Positions 30,872-42,060 of a stretch of 64,000 nucleotides of DNA are shown here, piece after piece; the stretch's first letter is position 1; each line of letters starts with the position of its first letter. The DNA comes from a virus: positions 1-64,000 of the IMG/VR virus record IMGVR_UViG_3300022890_000011; one strand, 5' to 3'. The notes under the pieces were generated by a model. It did not search any database. It was given only the letters and a program-made list of their open reading frames with translations, and was not told the DNA's origin. The position numbers were made by a program, and so were the translations under genes.

Positions 30872-31279
30872 TTAAAAAATTAATAATAATCCTAGAACAA
30901 TTAGTGAAATAATGATGAATGAGTAAATCCATCTTTTTATAATAGTGATTTTTTTACTATTCAAGGTTTTAAATTCGATTATTATTAAGACATTAAAATC
31001 ATCGAGTTGTGATAATTCTGATACTCCTATCATTTCGAATAAACCTATTTCTGAAAAAAATTCTTGAACATCTCTCAAATATGTTCTAACTTGATTATCT
31101 ATATAATAATAACCATATTGTCTAACATTGTCTTGTTCATCGGGTGGGAAATTTAATACTGTATAACACCTATTAATGTTGTCTACTTTCATATTATACT
31201 TCTGAAGAAGAATATCTTTATTCTTCTTTATAAGTTTTTTATACGTTCGGAAATATTTATATTTTTTCCAAAAATTCAT
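30872..31279 (-). CDS. Membrane-anchored hypothetical protein
   Basis: C-terminal hydrophobic helix. Confidence 0.65.
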   Translation of the reverse strand: MNFWKKYKYFRTYKKLIKKNKDILLQKYNMKVDNINRCYTVLNFPPDEQDNVRQYGYYYIDNQVRTYLRDVQEFFSEIGLFEMIGVSELSQLDDFNVLIIIEFKTLNSKKITIIKRWIYSFIIISLIVLGLLLIF

Positions 31280-31333
31280 GTTTAGAAAATTACTTTTCTA
31301 TATTTATAAAAAATAGTGAGTCCTGTTTGAAAT

Positions 31334-34300
31334 TTAAGATTTTAATTTCATTTTGGGTTTTTTAAGTTCTTCTTCTTCAACTCTTTTAACTTCTATATTT
31401 TTTTGTTTTTCGCTATTTTCAACCAATTTAGTCATTTTGTCGTCAATGTTCTTAACATGGTCAAGCATTTCTTGCATTGGAGATTTTTTAGTTTGAATTT
31501 CTTCTCCGCCTTCAATTACACCTTTAACACCATCACCAATCCATTCAGTTAAATCACCCAACATTGAAGTGTTTCCTTCATCTGATATAGCTTTTATTGA
31601 TGCACTTTTTTCTTCTATCACATTTAAAGTATTTGCTAATGATTCTTGATCAATAACTGAAATTGTTAATAATGATCCTGATAATTTAGATAAATTTTTA
31701 ATTGATTGTGTTTCTAAGTCATTTACTACATCTCCTAATTCTTCTATTGAAGTAGCTAACATTTTAATTCCTAAAGATACATAATACATATTATTAGGAA
31801 TTCCTGATAGAAAGTTTTTAAGAGAATTACCAAGTTTCATTAATTTTTCTGGTGCTGTATCTGGTATTTTATTAAACATTATACCTGCATATGCAATTCC
31901 AAATGATATACTTGTCATAAATGCTAAAATTTCATCTGGTTTATCAACATCAACATATTCATCCATTTCAGCCATTGATTTGGCAAACATTATAATTGTA
32001 TTACCTACACCCTCAGCCCATTCTTTACTAGGAATTTTAGTATCATCAAAAACACCAAATTGTGATAATATTCTACCAGAAAATGCAATTGCAAACGCAA
32101 TACTAGACATAGAAGCAATAACTTCTTCTGGGTCATCAACATCAATAGTTTCATCCATTTCAGCCATTGATTTAGCAAAAATAGAAATTGCACCACCAAC
32201 ACCTTCTGCCCATGATTTACTAGGAACTTTTGTATCATCAAATGAACCAAATTTATTAAATATTCTACCAACTATAATTAAACCAGCGGCTACACTAACC
32301 ATAGAGCCTATAACTTCTTCTGGATCTTCAACATCAAGTGCCTCGTCCATATCTTTAATAGCAGTACTGAAAGATGCTAAAGAACCACCTACACCTTCAG
32401 CCCATTTCTTACTAGGGACTTTTGTGTCATCAAATTTACCACCATATTTATTAAATACATCCCCTGCTGCAATAATAGCTAATGCTATAATTCTTGTTGC
32501 TCCTATAATTTCACCTGGAGTATCTAGTCCCATATCATCAAAAGCTAATAACGCATTTGAAAATGTTGCAACCGCGGTTCCAACACCATCAGCCCATTTT
32601 TTACTAGGGACTTTAGATTCATCGAAAGCACCTCCACTTCTATTAAATACATTTGCAGCGGTTACTAATGCCAATGATATTGTTATAATAAATTTATTTA
32701 AGTCTACTTTACCGCCTCCAAAGAAACCAGAAAGAAGATCTAAATATGTCATTTGAACTAAGACATCAGAGAAAGTTTTAATTGCTAATGAGACACCAGA
32801 AGCCCAGTCTAATGTAGGGTATTTATCATAATTTCCTCCACCTAATATTTTAGAAGCTTCTACAATAGAAGTTGCGACTATTAACATAGCTGCACCACCT
32901 GCCGCCAACATAGCTAAACCAAATCCAAGTGTAGCAAAGATGAAAACTCCTAATAACATCATACCTGTGCCAAATACTAACATTGATAAACCAACACCAC
33001 CAGACCAATCAGCCGACGGATATTTATCATAACTACCTGCTCCTAAAATGTATGAAGTTGCTGTTATAGTAGCAGCAACAATTACAACAGCCAGTGCACC
33101 TAAAGCCAATGCGATAAAACCTGTACCACCACTAGCAAGTATTAATGCACCAAAAACCAATGTTGCACCACCAAATATTAACATAGATAAACCTACACCA
33201 CCAACCCAATCTAATGATGGATATTTTTCATAATTACCAAATGATATTAACCAACTTGATAACATTATTGCAGCAGATACCATTACTACGGCTAATGCCC
33301 CTAGAGCTATATCTTCTAATTTAACTTTTGATTTAGTTATTAATATAATTGTTGGCATCATTGCTAGTGTGGTCACACCAATAACAACACCAGTTAACAT
33401 TACATCAATTGGATTTTTAATTGGAGCTGTTAATTGTAATATCCAAGACGAAACTACAATACCAGCTGCTATTATTGGTAATACGGCAACTGTTAATAAT
33501 ATATCTTTAGGTGTAACTCCTTTTGTACCTTTTTTAGATGTTAGTTTTTTTAATTTTCCGGATTTATCAAATGATTCTAACACTTTATCATCCATAGTTC
33601 CACCTTTTAAAAGCTTGGCTAACATTAAAACGATTATTGCGGCAGGAGCCATTGCTATTGAAGCAAAAATTACATTTTTCATTGTTTCAAATGTCATTGG
33701 TGCAACTGCACTAAGAATATATGATGATAAAACAATCGCGCTTGCAACTATTGGCATTATAGTTGGTAACATCATCAATGATGCAACAGATTTATTGTCT
33801 AATTTTGTATCTTTTAATCCCCATAATATGAGAGCTACCGCTGCTGACATAGTAACACCAACGGCTACAATTGTTAATAATTCCATAAATCCAATAGTAT
33901 CAACCATATTTAAAAAATATGATGAAGCGAGAATTGCGAGTGCCATTATTGGAAAAATTGATGAAACCATAAGAACCTTTTCGTATGTTAAATCTTTTAT
34001 TGAAGCAACTTCAGCAAAAGCTTTTGCTACCGCTAACATACCTATTCCTAAAGCTATAACAGATAACACATCAACCTTGCCTATTAATTTAAAAGCCATA
34101 CCAATTGCTAATACACCACCAGCTATTAAAACTATTGCTGATATTCCTTCTACTATTTTCTTTTTGTTCTTTGTTTCGCCGACAGTTCCAAACATACCGG
34201 TTTCTTTTCTTTCCTTATCTTGTTCGACTGCTTTTTTTATAGTAGAGACATCAGTTTTCATTTCACCAATTTCTTTTGATTCAGAAATTGCTTTTTTAAC

Positions 34301-34468
34301 TTGATCTGTAATATTACTAAAAACTTCTGTGCTTAGTCCTTCAATTAATTTATCACTAACATCAGTTTCACTTCCTTTTGCTTGTTCTTTTAAAAGTTCA
34401 ACTACACTTTCTAATGATTTAGTAAAATTATCTAATTTTTCTACAAATTCTCTATCTATTTTAGCCAT
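31334..34468 (-). CDS. Tape-measure-like / multi-TM virion protein
   Basis: 1044 aa, Ala/Gly/hydrophobic rich; ~63-aa repeats FDDTKVPSKxWAEGVG and YxKYPSxDW. Confidence 0.6.
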   Translation of the reverse strand: MAKIDREFVEKLDNFTKSLESVVELLKEQAKGSETDVSDKLIEGLSTEVFSNITDQVKKAISESKEIGEMKTDVSTIKKAVEQDKERKETGMFGTVGETKNKKKIVEGISAIVLIAGGVLAIGMAFKLIGKVDVLSVIALGIGMLAVAKAFAEVASIKDLTYEKVLMVSSIFPIMALAILASSYFLNMVDTIGFMELLTIVAVGVTMSAAVALILWGLKDTKLDNKSVASLMMLPTIMPIVASAIVLSSYILSAVAPMTFETMKNVIFASIAMAPAAIIVLMLAKLLKGGTMDDKVLESFDKSGKLKKLTSKKGTKGVTPKDILLTVAVLPIIAAGIVVSSWILQLTAPIKNPIDVMLTGVVIGVTTLAMMPTIILITKSKVKLEDIALGALAVVMVSAAIMLSSWLISFGNYEKYPSLDWVGGVGLSMLIFGGATLVFGALILASGGTGFIALALGALAVVIVAATITATSYILGAGSYDKYPSADWSGGVGLSMLVFGTGMMLLGVFIFATLGFGLAMLAAGGAAMLIVATSIVEASKILGGGNYDKYPTLDWASGVSLAIKTFSDVLVQMTYLDLLSGFFGGGKVDLNKFIITISLALVTAANVFNRSGGAFDESKVPSKKWADGVGTAVATFSNALLAFDDMGLDTPGEIIGATRIIALAIIAAGDVFNKYGGKFDDTKVPSKKWAEGVGGSLASFSTAIKDMDEALDVEDPEEVIGSMVSVAAGLIIVGRIFNKFGSFDDTKVPSKSWAEGVGGAISIFAKSMAEMDETIDVDDPEEVIASMSSIAFAIAFSGRILSQFGVFDDTKIPSKEWAEGVGNTIIMFAKSMAEMDEYVDVDKPDEILAFMTSISFGIAYAGIMFNKIPDTAPEKLMKLGNSLKNFLSGIPNNMYYVSLGIKMLATSIEELGDVVNDLETQSIKNLSKLSGSLLTISVIDQESLANTLNVIEEKSASIKAISDEGNTSMLGDLTEWIGDGVKGVIEGGEEIQTKKSPMQEMLDHVKNIDDKMTKLVENSEKQKNIEVKRVEEEELKKPKMKLKS

Positions 34469-34471
34469 TTA

Positions 34472-34846
34472 TTATTTCTCATTATCTTTTGTTATATCTT
34501 CTTGTTCTTCTTTTGCAGTACCAATTATTTTATCAAAGTCTTCGATATCTTGTTCAAGTTCATCCATTTTAGGTTCAATATCTTCAGAATCTATACCTTT
34601 TTGAAAGTCTTGTTTAATATCTTTTGTTGTGTCTTCGATTTTTTTACCTTGATCTTCAATTAAATCTGTACTATTTTTTAATTGATCTAATTTATCAGAA
34701 GTTGTATCTGGTTCAACATTTTCAATTTCTTCTGTTTCTTTTGATTTAGATTTTTGTTCTTCTTGATGTTTTTGAATTTTATTAGATAATTCACTTTTGA
34801 ATTCATCTGCGCTTTGTTCATTTAAGAATTCTATATAGGTTTTCAT
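34472..34846 (-). CDS. Coiled-coil protein with T4-CTS-like leader
   Basis: MKTYIEFLNE. Confidence 0.75.
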   Translation of the reverse strand: MKTYIEFLNEQSADEFKSELSNKIQKHQEEQKSKSKETEEIENVEPDTTSDKLDQLKNSTDLIEDQGKKIEDTTKDIKQDFQKGIDSEDIEPKMDELEQDIEDFDKIIGTAKEEQEDITKDNEK

Positions 34847-34953
34847 ACTTGTTTATAGATTTGAAACTATATATTAAAATTAATAATTTAAAAAGAAAGA
34901 TTTTTTATTTAAAAAAATTTTCTTATATTAGGTTGAATTTAAAAAATATAAAT

Positions 34954-35469
34954 ATGAAGCAATCAATTTTATCATTTTACACTTTGGCAATTCTTTTTGG
35001 TTTTTTATTAACTATGGCATTACATTCATGTATTATACCACAATCAGAAGTTGGTGAGAAATTAGATGGTACACATAATTTAAAACAAACATCAGATGGT
35101 TATTATACCTATACTTTCACTAAAGTAGATGATTCGTATGAAATAAATAAAATAAACTTTTTCTGGAAAGATAGTTCTAATACTAATGTTATGACTAGAT
35201 TAAGACAAAGTGATATAAGAATTGAGTTGAATGATACTATTGAAACACCAATGGTTAAATTTAGATGGAATAGCGGTAGTTATGATAATAATTTAGAGAG
35301 ACTTGAAAACCATATTGTATATGCATTAATTATATGTAATGATGAATCGTTACCTGTGATGATTAATAAAATATCTAAATCAAAATATTTAGATTTAATA
35401 AAGGAACCTGAATTATTCTATGAAGCAGATTCAATTTCTAATGAAAAAGAAAATATAATTGAACTGTAA
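34954..35469 (+). CDS. Putative lipoprotein/membrane protein
   Basis: Start MKQSILS at 34954; hydrophobic stretch then LHSC lipobox-like motif. Confidence 0.55.
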   Translation: MKQSILSFYTLAILFGFLLTMALHSCIIPQSEVGEKLDGTHNLKQTSDGYYTYTFTKVDDSYEINKINFFWKDSSNTNVMTRLRQSDIRIELNDTIETPMVKFRWNSGSYDNNLERLENHIVYALIICNDESLPVMINKISKSKYLDLIKEPELFYEADSISNEKENIIEL

Positions 35470-35544
35470 ATTACAGAGATAAATTTTTATTTTTTGAAGA
35501 AATTTAGTATATTGATTTAAATAAACCACTAAAAAACAAAAATT

Positions 35545-36207
35545 ATGATAGATTTTAAAGAAATATTTGAAAAAATAGAAAAGAACGAAATGGTTGATAT
35601 TTACTTAGTTGAATCAACTCTGAATTATTTTATAGCTATTGAAGATTATAAAAAATGTATGGTTATTCAAAATCACATTAATTCTAAAGTTAACTCTGGT
35701 TATACAAACGACGAATATGAAATGATTAGAGAAATTGACGAACATAATAAGAAAATTGAATGGTTGGACAAAGAATTTGAAAAATCTTTAAATGGTGAAA
35801 AGGAAAAATATATTGGAAAACCAGGTAGTGAATTGTTTAAATTACATGAAATGATGTATAATTCATTGAGAGATTCTTCAACGAATAAGATTAAAAAATT
35901 ACAATCAAAATTAGATGGTACATTTGATTTTGAAGACGAAAAAAGAAAAGGTAAAGAAACAATGAAAGACTTTTTTGTTAAATGTAAAGGTATGTTAAAC
36001 GAAGAATTTGATAGAAATGTACGTGATTTGTCAAAGAATATACAAAAAGAAAAAGATGATATTGAAACTTTAGAAAAAAGTAAAACGGGAGACAAAAATC
36101 TTGATAGATTGTTAGATGAACATGTATCATCAATTAGAAAAAAGAAAGTTAAACTTGAAGAAGAGTTGTTAGAAATACAAACAATGAAAAATAAAATAAA
36201 CGAATAA
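35545..36207 (+). CDS. Coiled-coil protein with a UVR-like motif
   Basis: FIAIEDYKKCMVIQ motif; heptad-rich. Confidence 0.6.
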   Translation: MIDFKEIFEKIEKNEMVDIYLVESTLNYFIAIEDYKKCMVIQNHINSKVNSGYTNDEYEMIREIDEHNKKIEWLDKEFEKSLNGEKEKYIGKPGSELFKLHEMMYNSLRDSSTNKIKKLQSKLDGTFDFEDEKRKGKETMKDFFVKCKGMLNEEFDRNVRDLSKNIQKEKDDIETLEKSKTGDKNLDRLLDEHVSSIRKKKVKLEEELLEIQTMKNKINE

Positions 36208-36233
36208 AAAAAGAGAGTTTGACTCTCTTTTTT
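36206..36233. terminator. Bidirectional intrinsic terminator
   Basis: AAAAAAAGAGAGT-TTG-ACTCTCTTTTTT between convergent genes. Confidence 0.8.
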
Positions 36234-36236
36234 GTT

Positions 36237-36989
36237 TTATTGTTGAGTTTTTATTCCTTGTGGTGTTGTTATTTGTTGTCCTTGTGTTAATTGTTTAGTT
36301 TGTGATTGAACTTGTTGTGATTGAACTCGAACAGTACTTGATTCTTTTGCTATATCCTTAATTTTAGAAAAAATATCACTTTCTTGTGTTTGTTGTGAAT
36401 CTTTAACTGGTAAATCAACATATTGATACAAACTCTTCCAATTTATTCCTATAATACTACCACCAAATGGTTTAAGTGAATTTTTATATGGTTTTCCTTG
36501 AACAGTATTTTCATCAACATCTTGTCCCTGTATATCTAAATTTGTTAATTCAATAATACTTCTATCACCATCTTGATTTTGGTATATGTATGAATTACCA
36601 ACTTTTAGTATATTTTTCCCGGTGCATTGTTTAGGTTGTGATAATTGATCTTTACTTCTACCGACAGGCCCGTTAATTTTACCTTCTTTATTTTTATATT
36701 TCAATTGATAAATATCACCATCAATTTTAACAAGCAATGCTGTAACTTTCATACCCTTATTTTTATAAGTATATAAATTACCTTCTTTAAATTCACTTGT
36801 AGTTGCAGGTAATGTTTGAGTTTGTGGTTGTGATTTTATAGGTAATGTTTGACCCCCTTTATTAATATGTTCTTGTCTTTTAGCTATATTTACTTGTGAT
36901 TGTGACGCACCACTTTTTCCTGATGCTATCTGTGATGTAGCTTCTTTAGCACCTGTATTTTCTTTAATAAAATTACTAAATTTTTTCAT
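36237..36989 (-). CDS. Leader-tagged Q-rich protein
   Basis: MKKFSNFIKE; two KxGNxYxYxN repeats. Confidence 0.7.
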   Translation of the reverse strand: MKKFSNFIKENTGAKEATSQIASGKSGASQSQVNIAKRQEHINKGGQTLPIKSQPQTQTLPATTSEFKEGNLYTYKNKGMKVTALLVKIDGDIYQLKYKNKEGKINGPVGRSKDQLSQPKQCTGKNILKVGNSYIYQNQDGDRSIIELTNLDIQGQDVDENTVQGKPYKNSLKPFGGSIIGINWKSLYQYVDLPVKDSQQTQESDIFSKIKDIAKESSTVRVQSQQVQSQTKQLTQGQQITTPQGIKTQQ

Positions 36990-36994
36990 ATTTT

Positions 36995-39517
36995 TTATTT
37001 ATTTGGTTTATATCCATAAGAATCACCAGCATTTATTTTTTTACCATTTAGTGCGTCTTTTAAATAAATAGAGGAAGAATTTATTATCATTCTTCTCAAA
37101 TCCTCCTCATCCCATGGACTTGTAAAGTCATTGTCTCCTGGTGAAGTTTTATATACTGGACAACTTCTAAAATTAAAAATATTACCTTTTTCACCAATAG
37201 AAATAAGTTTTATATATTCATCAACAGTGACATATTTACCATTACTAAAAACACCAATGTTATCTTTATTTATAACTATTGTGTCTTTTTCATCTTTGTT
37301 AACTTTAGCTTTTTGATATGTTTTGTTAATTTTTATTAAGATTGATCCTTGACCACCAACACCAGCATTTTTATCTATAGAAGTTTTATTAATGAAAACA
37401 ACATAAATATTATCTTTAAAGTCATTTGAACCAAATTTAAAATAATTAGAAGCATAAATTTTAAATTCATTTTCACTATTATCAGAATTGTATTTGTCAT
37501 TGTAATAGTATTTAGAAAGAAAATTTATTGGATTTTCACCTTTTTTTACTTCTTTTAATTTTTTAAAATCAATAAAACCTTCAATTAAAAAACAAATATT
37601 TTCCTTTTTACCAAAAATACTTTGGCTATCATCAGTTGGTGACATTAATCTACCAACTACCCCGTAATTATCAAGGGCTATTATATATGTAGAATCCATA
37701 CTTTTTGTATTTGCATTCTCCGTAACATGAAAAACATCACTTATTATATCAGAATTTTTATCTACATCTACAACATCCATACTTCCTGATGCATTAGTAA
37801 CATTTGGATTTGTATAATCTTCTTTTGCAAACATAGCAGATTCACCATTATATATTGAGAAAGGATTAACATCTTTCCATGTTAAATAATTTTGAAATAA
37901 TTGTCCAATATTTCTAATTAATGTTTTCCATTTTTTTTCTAATTTTTCTCTATCTCTAGGTTTAACTGTGAAATTTTGTCTTACATTTGGTTCATATCCT
38001 TCTCTTCTTTTATTTACAAATGTGCTTTTGTTGTCATATAACAGTAAAGCAGCTTCTTGTATTTCAGCAATTTTTATTTTATTTAATTCATTTTTTGAAG
38101 CATGTTCCTGTGGAGTTGGTGAGACATTTCGTAGACCATTAAATTTTTCTAAAACTTTCTTGTCACTTAATAATGCAGCATTTAAATTACTAAATTCTGA
38201 TTTTGGTAAAGAATCACCTAATATTTCACCAAGTCTATTTCCTTTACTAAATAATTTTTTAGCAATTTTAGATTGTTTTTTAGAACCTTCTACTTTAATG
38301 TCTTTAGCCTCTAGAATAAGAGATTCATTTTGTTGTGAATTAATTACATCGTCTATTTTTTCTATAATTCCTTTAAATTTATCATCACTATAATTAACAT
38401 CAAATCCAAATTGATCATTAACATATTTCTTAAGTTCATCTATATTTTTATAATCACCTTTAAGATCTTTATATTCTTTTAATTTGTTTTTAATAGTATT
38501 TCTAAAATTAGAATATATTGATTTTAACCATTCTTTATTTGTATCATCATTAAAATATTGTGTATTACTAATAATTTTAGAAATACTTTTTTCTATTATG
38601 AATCGTGAACATTTCAACAAGTACATATTTTGTGCTGATTGATCTGCAACTACTAAATTTGATATTTCTTTAGTAAATTCTTCTGTTATTTTTTTAATAA
38701 AGTTATATTGTGGTTGTACTTGTTGTACTTGTTGTTGATTTTGTGATTCATATTTTGTAGTACTAAATAAATCTAAATGATTACAACTATAAAGTCTATT
38801 TAGTGTTAAATTAATCCAACTTAACGCTTTTTGGTCATTTGGTTTCATCACTTTAAAATCTGGTTCATCAATCATTTCTTTAATATCTTCAGGTTTAGTT
38901 TCATTAATGTTTATAGAAGATACATTTTTTATGTAAATATCTTCAATTTTATCTGATTTTTGTTTTAAAATATCTACATTATATAAATTGTATTCTTCTG
39001 GTATCTTTATATCTGTTTTATAATCAAATGAAGTTGTATCACCTCCAGATAATAAAAATAGTCCGTATGCTATACTAAAATCTGAAGCAATATCATTTAT
39101 ATCATAAATATCATTTTTAGTAAACATTTTATTTTTAATAAATAATTGAATTTTTTCAGTTAAAGCTTTTTCAGCTTCTTTAAATGTTGATATAGCTTGT
39201 TCCATCGTTTCTTTTTCATCTTTCATTAAACCTTCTATAGTATTAACACCAGCTTTTAAGAATGTTCTAAATATAGCAGCCAAATATTCATTCTCTAATT
39301 GTCTTGAATACATAACCAATGTAGCAGTATGTTTTTTTCTTTTCATAAAACTAAAAACAGAATTAATAGCTCTACCTACCAATGATTCACTAAACCCAGT
39401 TTTATTACTGAAATCTAAAGTTTCGAATAATTTATGATCTTCATATAAATCTTCATATGAAGATTTATTTTCATAGACTTTTTTAAATTCTTTTGATGTA
39501 AAAAGGTTTTTTAACAT
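36995..39517 (-). CDS. Large hypothetical (probable virion/internal) protein
   Basis: 840 aa; N-terminal SKEFKKVYE..KLFE, internal LILE. Confidence 0.7.
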   Translation of the reverse strand: MLKNLFTSKEFKKVYENKSSYEDLYEDHKLFETLDFSNKTGFSESLVGRAINSVFSFMKRKKHTATLVMYSRQLENEYLAAIFRTFLKAGVNTIEGLMKDEKETMEQAISTFKEAEKALTEKIQLFIKNKMFTKNDIYDINDIASDFSIAYGLFLLSGGDTTSFDYKTDIKIPEEYNLYNVDILKQKSDKIEDIYIKNVSSININETKPEDIKEMIDEPDFKVMKPNDQKALSWINLTLNRLYSCNHLDLFSTTKYESQNQQQVQQVQPQYNFIKKITEEFTKEISNLVVADQSAQNMYLLKCSRFIIEKSISKIISNTQYFNDDTNKEWLKSIYSNFRNTIKNKLKEYKDLKGDYKNIDELKKYVNDQFGFDVNYSDDKFKGIIEKIDDVINSQQNESLILEAKDIKVEGSKKQSKIAKKLFSKGNRLGEILGDSLPKSEFSNLNAALLSDKKVLEKFNGLRNVSPTPQEHASKNELNKIKIAEIQEAALLLYDNKSTFVNKRREGYEPNVRQNFTVKPRDREKLEKKWKTLIRNIGQLFQNYLTWKDVNPFSIYNGESAMFAKEDYTNPNVTNASGSMDVVDVDKNSDIISDVFHVTENANTKSMDSTYIIALDNYGVVGRLMSPTDDSQSIFGKKENICFLIEGFIDFKKLKEVKKGENPINFLSKYYYNDKYNSDNSENEFKIYASNYFKFGSNDFKDNIYVVFINKTSIDKNAGVGGQGSILIKINKTYQKAKVNKDEKDTIVINKDNIGVFSNGKYVTVDEYIKLISIGEKGNIFNFRSCPVYKTSPGDNDFTSPWDEEDLRRMIINSSSIYLKDALNGKKINAGDSYGYKPNK

Positions 39518-39519
39518 TA

Positions 39520-39906
39520 CTATTTAATTTTTTTTAGTCTGATACCAGTATATTCATACTTTTTATCATTTATTCTAAATCCATCTTCCTCGTATTCAAT
39601 AGGATTGCCATTTGTAAAAATGATTTTACCATTTTTTAATATTTGGCAAGACTTATTTTTAAAAAGATATTCTTGTAATATTTCTTTTGGTGATTTGGAT
39701 ATTATTTCTGTATTGGAAACCCCTTGTTTTTTATCAACCTTAACAATTTTTTCAACATTCTCTACAATCTTTTCTTCTTTTAAAACAGGTTTATAACCTT
39801 TCTTTTTAGCAGTTACTGGTAATAAACTTACTTTTTCTCCTTTATCATTTAAATATAAGTATGTCGTTTTACCTGATTTTGTTGGTTTTCCTTCGATTAG
39901 TTTCAT
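39520..39906 (-). CDS. Hypothetical protein
   Basis: 128-aa ORF. Confidence 0.6.
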   Translation of the reverse strand: MKLIEGKPTKSGKTTYLYLNDKGEKVSLLPVTAKKKGYKPVLKEEKIVENVEKIVKVDKKQGVSNTEIISKSPKEILQEYLFKNKSCQILKNGKIIFTNGNPIEYEEDGFRINDKKYEYTGIRLKKIK

Positions 39907-39911
39907 AGTTT

Positions 39912-40058
39912 TTAGTTTAATTCTTTATCTGATACGTCTTTGATTAATTCTCCTTCATCTTCGTATTCAATAACTTCTTTTAAGATAGGTGCATCTTCGC
40001 TTTTCTTTTTAAGTAGTTCTTTTTTCTCTTTCTTTTTTTTCTTCTTATTATCATTCAT
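39912..40058 (-). CDS. Small Lys/Glu-rich protein (not in ORF track)
   Basis: 48 aa MNDNKKKKKKEKK...DKELN; TTAATATATA upstream on the minus strand (40079-40088). Confidence 0.45.
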   Translation of the reverse strand: MNDNKKKKKKEKKELLKKKSEDAPILKEVIEYEDEGELIKDVSDKELN

Positions 40059-40162
40059 AACTTAATTTCATTTTTTTCTATATATTAAAATACTATGTCG
40101 GATTTTTTAATTTAAAATGAAAATTATATGTTAATATATAGTGATATAAAATGAAATGAAAA

Positions 40163-40936
40163 ATGAAAAGATTACTCAGCTACGATAGATTCAATTTTGT
40201 TAAAGAACATATGATTACTGAAGATACTGAATTTAACCAGTATCAATTCGGTGTTGGTAATGCAAGTCCGTTGGGACCAGGTTATGGTTTTGCTGTTGAT
40301 CCAAGTTTGGGTATTTATACTGACCGAGATAGCCCATATACCGATTACTACTCTAGAACTTCAGGCTTAGTTAAAGATTTAATGGATGTTATTGATTATA
40401 CTAGAGGTAGCAAGGCCATGTCAGATGTTAAGTTTGATTATTTCATTGATGATATTTCAAAATATGAAAATATGAAAATATTAAGAATAAATGAAAATGG
40501 TAGTGGTTGGATGGATATTTTTATATCTTTTGATTTTGATGGTCAAGATTTTTTTGGTGTTTATAAAGATTTTAATAAACCATATATGAAACCAGTTTTA
40601 GAAAGTGAAATTATTTCTGGTAGACATTATGACTATATGGATAAAGAATATTATTTAAAATTAGATAATTATTTATTTAAAATATTAGAAAATTGGTTCT
40701 CACCTAAGAAAGGATTTTATAAGAATCATAAAGAATTATTACCAGTAAGAGATTCAATGGGACAAGAATATGATATTAAAAAAAATAAAGTTATTGAAAT
40801 TGTTGGTCAATATACAGACGAGAATTCAAAACAATATTTAGAAATGAAAATTGACGGTGAATTGTTTAGATTGGCTGGAAATAAATATTTTTATTTTAAT
40901 TACTGGTTTGAAGCCCTTCCAAAATTTGAATTATAA
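40163..40936 (+). CDS. Hypothetical protein, leader variant
   Basis: MKRLLSYDRF..MITE; TTAATATATA at 40131. Confidence 0.7.
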   Translation: MKRLLSYDRFNFVKEHMITEDTEFNQYQFGVGNASPLGPGYGFAVDPSLGIYTDRDSPYTDYYSRTSGLVKDLMDVIDYTRGSKAMSDVKFDYFIDDISKYENMKILRINENGSGWMDIFISFDFDGQDFFGVYKDFNKPYMKPVLESEIISGRHYDYMDKEYYLKLDNYLFKILENWFSPKKGFYKNHKELLPVRDSMGQEYDIKKNKVIEIVGQYTDENSKQYLEMKIDGELFRLAGNKYFYFNYWFEALPKFEL

Positions 40937-40937
40937 T

Positions 40938-41390
40938 ATGAAATATCTTAAAGATTATAATTCATGGGATAATAAATTATTAAAAGAATTTTACGAAGAA
41001 ACAGATAATTTAGAAGAACTTAAAAAAAGATGTGAATATTTAATTGATAAGTTTGGAAAACCCTCACTTGGTGTACCTGATAAGGATTATTTAAGTATTT
41101 TGATACCATTATCAAATCATGAAATTATTGATTTTTTGTGTGATATTGAAAATATTAAATCTTTTTCTCTTGAAATTTTAAGACCACCTATTACACTAGA
41201 TTATAAATTTAAAATATATTTTTTAAATGAAAATAACCCTAACGATAACTATGAAATATTTGCAATTTCAAGAGAAAAAGATTTAATTTTAATTGATTCA
41301 TCATATGAACAATATAAAATTATTGAAAATATTATTTTATTTGGAGATGTTGAACAAAGAATAACTACAAATCAAATGGGTTTACTTTAA
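40938..41390 (+). CDS. Doubly tagged hypothetical protein
   Basis: True start 40938 MKYLKDYNSW; ends TTNQMGLL. Confidence 0.75.
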   Translation: MKYLKDYNSWDNKLLKEFYEETDNLEELKKRCEYLIDKFGKPSLGVPDKDYLSILIPLSNHEIIDFLCDIENIKSFSLEILRPPITLDYKFKIYFLNENNPNDNYEIFAISREKDLILIDSSYEQYKIIENIILFGDVEQRITTNQMGLL

Positions 41391-41647
41391 CCTGTATTCG
41401 AAACTGTAGAACCAATAGGATTTTTACTTAATAACCCTTTAGTATATTCACCGAAAGTATTAACTGGTGGTATTTCTTTATCATCTTCTAAATTATTATG
41501 AATCTGTTTTCTTAATATTTCAAATTCTTCTGGTGTTAAATCTCTATTTAGTAATTCCATTTGTTTATCAACTGTGTGTTGAAGTATATCTTCATCAGAA
41601 GGTGTTATTTGAGTTTCAAATTGTTTATATGTTTTTATATGTTTCAT
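41387..41647 (-). CDS. Leader-tagged protein
   Basis: MKHIKTYKQFE. Confidence 0.7.
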   Translation of the reverse strand: MKHIKTYKQFETQITPSDEDILQHTVDKQMELLNRDLTPEEFEILRKQIHNNLEDDKEIPPVNTFGEYTKGLLSKNPIGSTVSNTG

Positions 41648-42057
41648 AATATTCCTAGATTAATTCCGTTTTTCGCCCATTCTAAATTTTTTAGAAGTGG
41701 TGTTAAAATTGTTTTTTTAAATTTTTTGATTTTTATTAAACTTTTCCCATCATAACCCCCAGAAGAAAAATTCATAGATGTTGGATTATTGAAATCTTTT
41801 TCTAACTTAGATAAATATTTTAGATTTTCTGTTAAAAATTCATCCAATCTTTTATAATCAGTGTGACTTTTTTTTATATTAGGTATCCATTCTATAAATG
41901 GTGCAGAATCAGACTCATCATCACGAAATATATAATATAAATTTGGGAAATCACCGCCAATATCGCCAATAAAAAAACAAAAATGTTTATGATAATATGA
42001 TTCTACCATTGGTAGTTTGTTAAATTCAAAATTTTCGTATGTTTTTAAATATTTCAT
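41644..42057 (-). CDS. Doubly tagged protein
   Basis: MKYLKTYENFE ... NGINLGIL. Confidence 0.75.
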   Translation of the reverse strand: MKYLKTYENFEFNKLPMVESYYHKHFCFFIGDIGGDFPNLYYIFRDDESDSAPFIEWIPNIKKSHTDYKRLDEFLTENLKYLSKLEKDFNNPTSMNFSSGGYDGKSLIKIKKFKKTILTPLLKNLEWAKNGINLGIL

Positions 42058-42060
42058 AAT

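Noticed and set aside
31980-34604. Long + strand ORFs (31980, 33369, 34329) and similar ones at 5703, 7554, 35700, 37968, 44916, 52010 and 60464
   Set aside because: Antisense or off-frame shadows of clear genes, with no motifs of their own.
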